Made by a program: the position numbers and the translations under genes. From a virus (Duplodnaviria > Caudoviricetes), in the IMG/VR virus record IMGVR_UViG_3300020442_001798, positions 1 to 58,084 of that record: a stretch of DNA of 58,084 nt. One strand, 5' to 3'. Shown piece after piece: positions 56,408 to 58,084 of the stretch. The notes beneath the pieces are model-generated. The model did not search any database, was not told the DNA's origin, and saw nothing but the letters and a program-made list of their open reading frames with translations. How positions within the stretch are numbered: position 1 is the first letter of the stretch; each line of letters starts with the position of its first letter.

Positions 56408-56781
56408 TGACTACCAATAAATATCCTGTTTGGGCTGTTAAGCGCAAAGATGGTGAAATTAAACAGCCTGCGAATAATCATGGGCATCCGGGTTATGACT
56501 ACGCTATCTGGTATTGGTGGAAGATAAAATGCGGAATGAATGTGTATAACAATGAAACTTGGGATGCATGTATGTTCCTTCTTGAAAGACACAATCAAGA
56601 TGTCTATAACAGAAATCATTACAGTTATCATTCACCTACCAAAGTGGTGTGGGAGCGTCTTGATGAAAAGACATGGCGTGTGATTAAGTCTACTTATGGC
56701 AATCATATTGTTATGGCTACACTTACAAGACTTGATGAGATTGAAAACCCTGAATCAACTTATCGTTGGTATCGGGAATAA
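56407..56781 (+). CDS. Hypothetical protein
   Basis: 124 aa ORF. Confidence 0.55.
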   Translation: MTTNKYPVWAVKRKDGEIKQPANNHGHPGYDYAIWYWWKIKCGMNVYNNETWDACMFLLERHNQDVYNRNHYSYHSPTKVVWERLDEKTWRVIKSTYGNHIVMATLTRLDEIENPESTYRWYRE

Positions 56782-56785
56782 GATC

Positions 56786-56899
56786 GTCAATATCTAATAG
56801 CATGGTGTCTAAGGAGATCTTAGAACAGGGTTTTACGCTTAGTTTGGTGGTGCTTACTAAGTATGGGTAGCCTTTCATGAAACACTATTAGATATTGAC
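56786..56899 (+). ncRNA. Candidate structured RNA closed by a perfect 15-bp stem
   Basis: GTCAATATCTAATAG / CTATTAGATATTGAC enclosing internal hairpins TCTAAG/CTTAGA and CTTAGT/ACTAAG. Confidence 0.45.
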
Positions 56900-56903
56900 A
56901 TTC

Positions 56904-56976
56904 ACCCTTATAGCTCAATGGATAGAGCAAATGACTTCTAATCATTAGGTTGCAGGTTCGAATCCTGCTAAGGGTG
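56904..56976 (+). tRNA. tRNA-Arg (anticodon UCU)
   Basis: Acceptor ACCCTTA/TAAGGGT, D-arm GCTC/GAGC, anticodon arm AATGA-CTTCTAA-TCATT, T-arm GCAGG-TTCGAAT-CCTGC; CCA not encoded. Confidence 0.93.
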
Positions 56977-56978
56977 CT

Positions 56979-57031
56979 AAGAAGCATTAAGCATTATCAT
57001 CGTGGTGGATGGGACACGCTTAATGCTTCTT
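56979..57031 (+). other. Perfect 14-bp hairpin directly after the tRNA (terminator or processing stem)
   Basis: AAGAAGCATTAAGC / GCTTAATGCTTCTT. Confidence 0.6.
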
Positions 57032-57038
57032 TTCAGTT

Positions 57039-57165
57039 TAAGATAGGCTAAGCAATAACTCCTTTCTATATTGTTAAGGAAAACCTGTGCGGTGCTGTTT
57101 GGTTGGAGCAGTTCCGGCATTAAAGGCTTTTATCATATTGGGCTAAAGGTTTTCTGCCTATCTTA
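57039..57165 (+). ncRNA. Second candidate structured RNA closed by a 10-bp stem
   Basis: TAAGATAGGC / GCCTATCTTA enclosing short internal helices; non-coding. Confidence 0.35.
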
Positions 57166-57196
57166 TTTCTATACACATACAAACATTGGAGAATAA

Positions 57197-57613
57197 ATGA
57201 ATACACAAAGAATGATGATGCTAGCAGATTTGCTTGACTCATTACCTGAAGAAAAATTTGACATTGCCTATTGGGTAAATGATAGAAAACAGGAGGAAGA
57301 TACTCCCGATTACGTTGATCTTTCAGTTTATGATTGCAATACGACTGCGTGTATTGCTGGTTGGGCTGTTGCTTTGAAGAATGATTTAGCTGTAGATGAA
57401 CTGTATTGTGGTGATGTAGAAAAAGAAGCTACTGACTATCTTGATTTGACTAGTCATGAAAGGCAACGTCTTTTTTATTATGGAGCTGAAGCTGTTTGGG
57501 GTCAATACTCTAATGAGTTAGGGTGTTCATATCCGTATGAGAATACGGTAACAAGTAAGATGGCGGCTACCGCTATTCGTAATATTGCACAAGGAAAGTG
57601 GGAATTGAAATGA
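57197..57613 (+). CDS. Hypothetical protein (CxxxACIAGW family), paralog 1
   Basis: RMMMLADLL...YDCNTTACIAGWAV. Confidence 0.7.
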   Translation: MNTQRMMMLADLLDSLPEEKFDIAYWVNDRKQEEDTPDYVDLSVYDCNTTACIAGWAVALKNDLAVDELYCGDVEKEATDYLDLTSHERQRLFYYGAEAVWGQYSNELGCSYPYENTVTSKMAATAIRNIAQGKWELK

Positions 57614-58084
57614 ATAAGCAAAGAATGCTAATGCTGGCTGATGTTTTAGATAATGTCAAGCCACAACAATTTAATATGACAGACTGGTTATCTGAGTTTA
57701 ATAATGAGGACTATTGGGATGAAGAAGATCTTCATGGTTCTTGTGATGGTGCCGCTTGGTCAACGAAAAATGATATGGTCATGAATGGCTATGATTGTAA
57801 TGCTGCTGCTTGTATTGCAGGTTGGGCAGTTGTGTTGAAGAATGATTTTGCTCTGAATAATCCAAATCAACAAACTGTGCATCACGCTAGCAATAGTGAT
57901 AGTTGGGAAGAGCGTTTGACAAATGGTGATATGCCAGTTATGACAGAGGCTATGGAATATCTTGATCTAACTATTAATCAGGCAAGAACGCTATTTATCA
58001 ACGATGTTGCTGGTGGTGTTTGGGAACGTTATGAAGAAGAGTTTGATAACGCTGGGGATTATTATTACGGAGATATTTCTTTGA
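57610..58084 (+). CDS. Hypothetical protein, paralog 2 (partial, runs off window)
   Basis: ATGA overlap; MNKQRMLMLADVL...YDCNAAACIAGWAVVLKND; open to window end. Confidence 0.7.
   Translation, partial: MNKQRMLMLADVLDNVKPQQFNMTDWLSEFNNEDYWDEEDLHGSCDGAAWSTKNDMVMNGYDCNAAACIAGWAVVLKNDFALNNPNQQTVHHASNSDSWEERLTNGDMPVMTEAMEYLDLTINQARTLFINDVAGGVWERYEEEFDNAGDYYYGDISL

Larger units (their letters stand above)
1..58084 (+). mobile_element. Segment of a tailed dsDNA bacteriophage genome (siphovirus-like, probable actinobacterial host)
   Basis: Tape measure, major tail, tail chaperone frameshift, terminase, phage replication module; dense unidirectional genes with ATGA overlaps; no host housekeeping operons. 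Confidence 0.96.

Noticed and set aside
1-58084. Stop-codon reassignment or alternative genetic code
   Set aside because: Long genes are intact under the standard bacterial code, and TAA, TGA and TAG all end coupled genes.
1-58084. Prophage, diversity-generating retroelement or retron
   Set aside because: No integrase, att-like junction, host genes, reverse transcriptase or template/variable repeat pair recognised in this window.

Overview
The window is a ~58 kb segment of a large, AT-rich tailed dsDNA phage with siphovirus-type tail genes; every credible gene is on the + strand. The host is probably actinobacterial: there are two WhiB-family genes, an actinobacterial-type ferredoxin, an SLT/Rpf-like transglycosylase and many leaderless extended -10 promoters. 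Gene order: (1) lysis and accessory genes (endolysin, holin-like protein, ferredoxin, a secreted lectin/Fn3/Thr-stalk protein, an unannotated 25-aa metallothionein-like peptide); (2) neck and tail genes, including a -1 frameshifted tail chaperone and the tape measure; (3) replication, recombination and modification genes (DnaB, DnaG, SSB, HAD nucleotidase, PAPS-reductase-like protein, DnaE, FkbM methyltransferase, RecA, Cas4-like nuclease, RuvC); (4) terminase genes flanked by two glycosyltransferases; (5) an AT-rich intergenic region with palindromic repeats; (6) a 15 kb array of small, mostly unknown genes with tRNA-Arg(UCU) embedded among long RNA stems. I recognised no portal, capsid, integrase or CRISPR array. 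The best novelty candidates are the metallothionein-like microprotein, a possible surface-display plus glycosylation system, the structured RNAs around the tRNA, and an abrupt G+T strand-skew island that starts at a hairpin. All product calls come from motif recognition by eye, not database searches.
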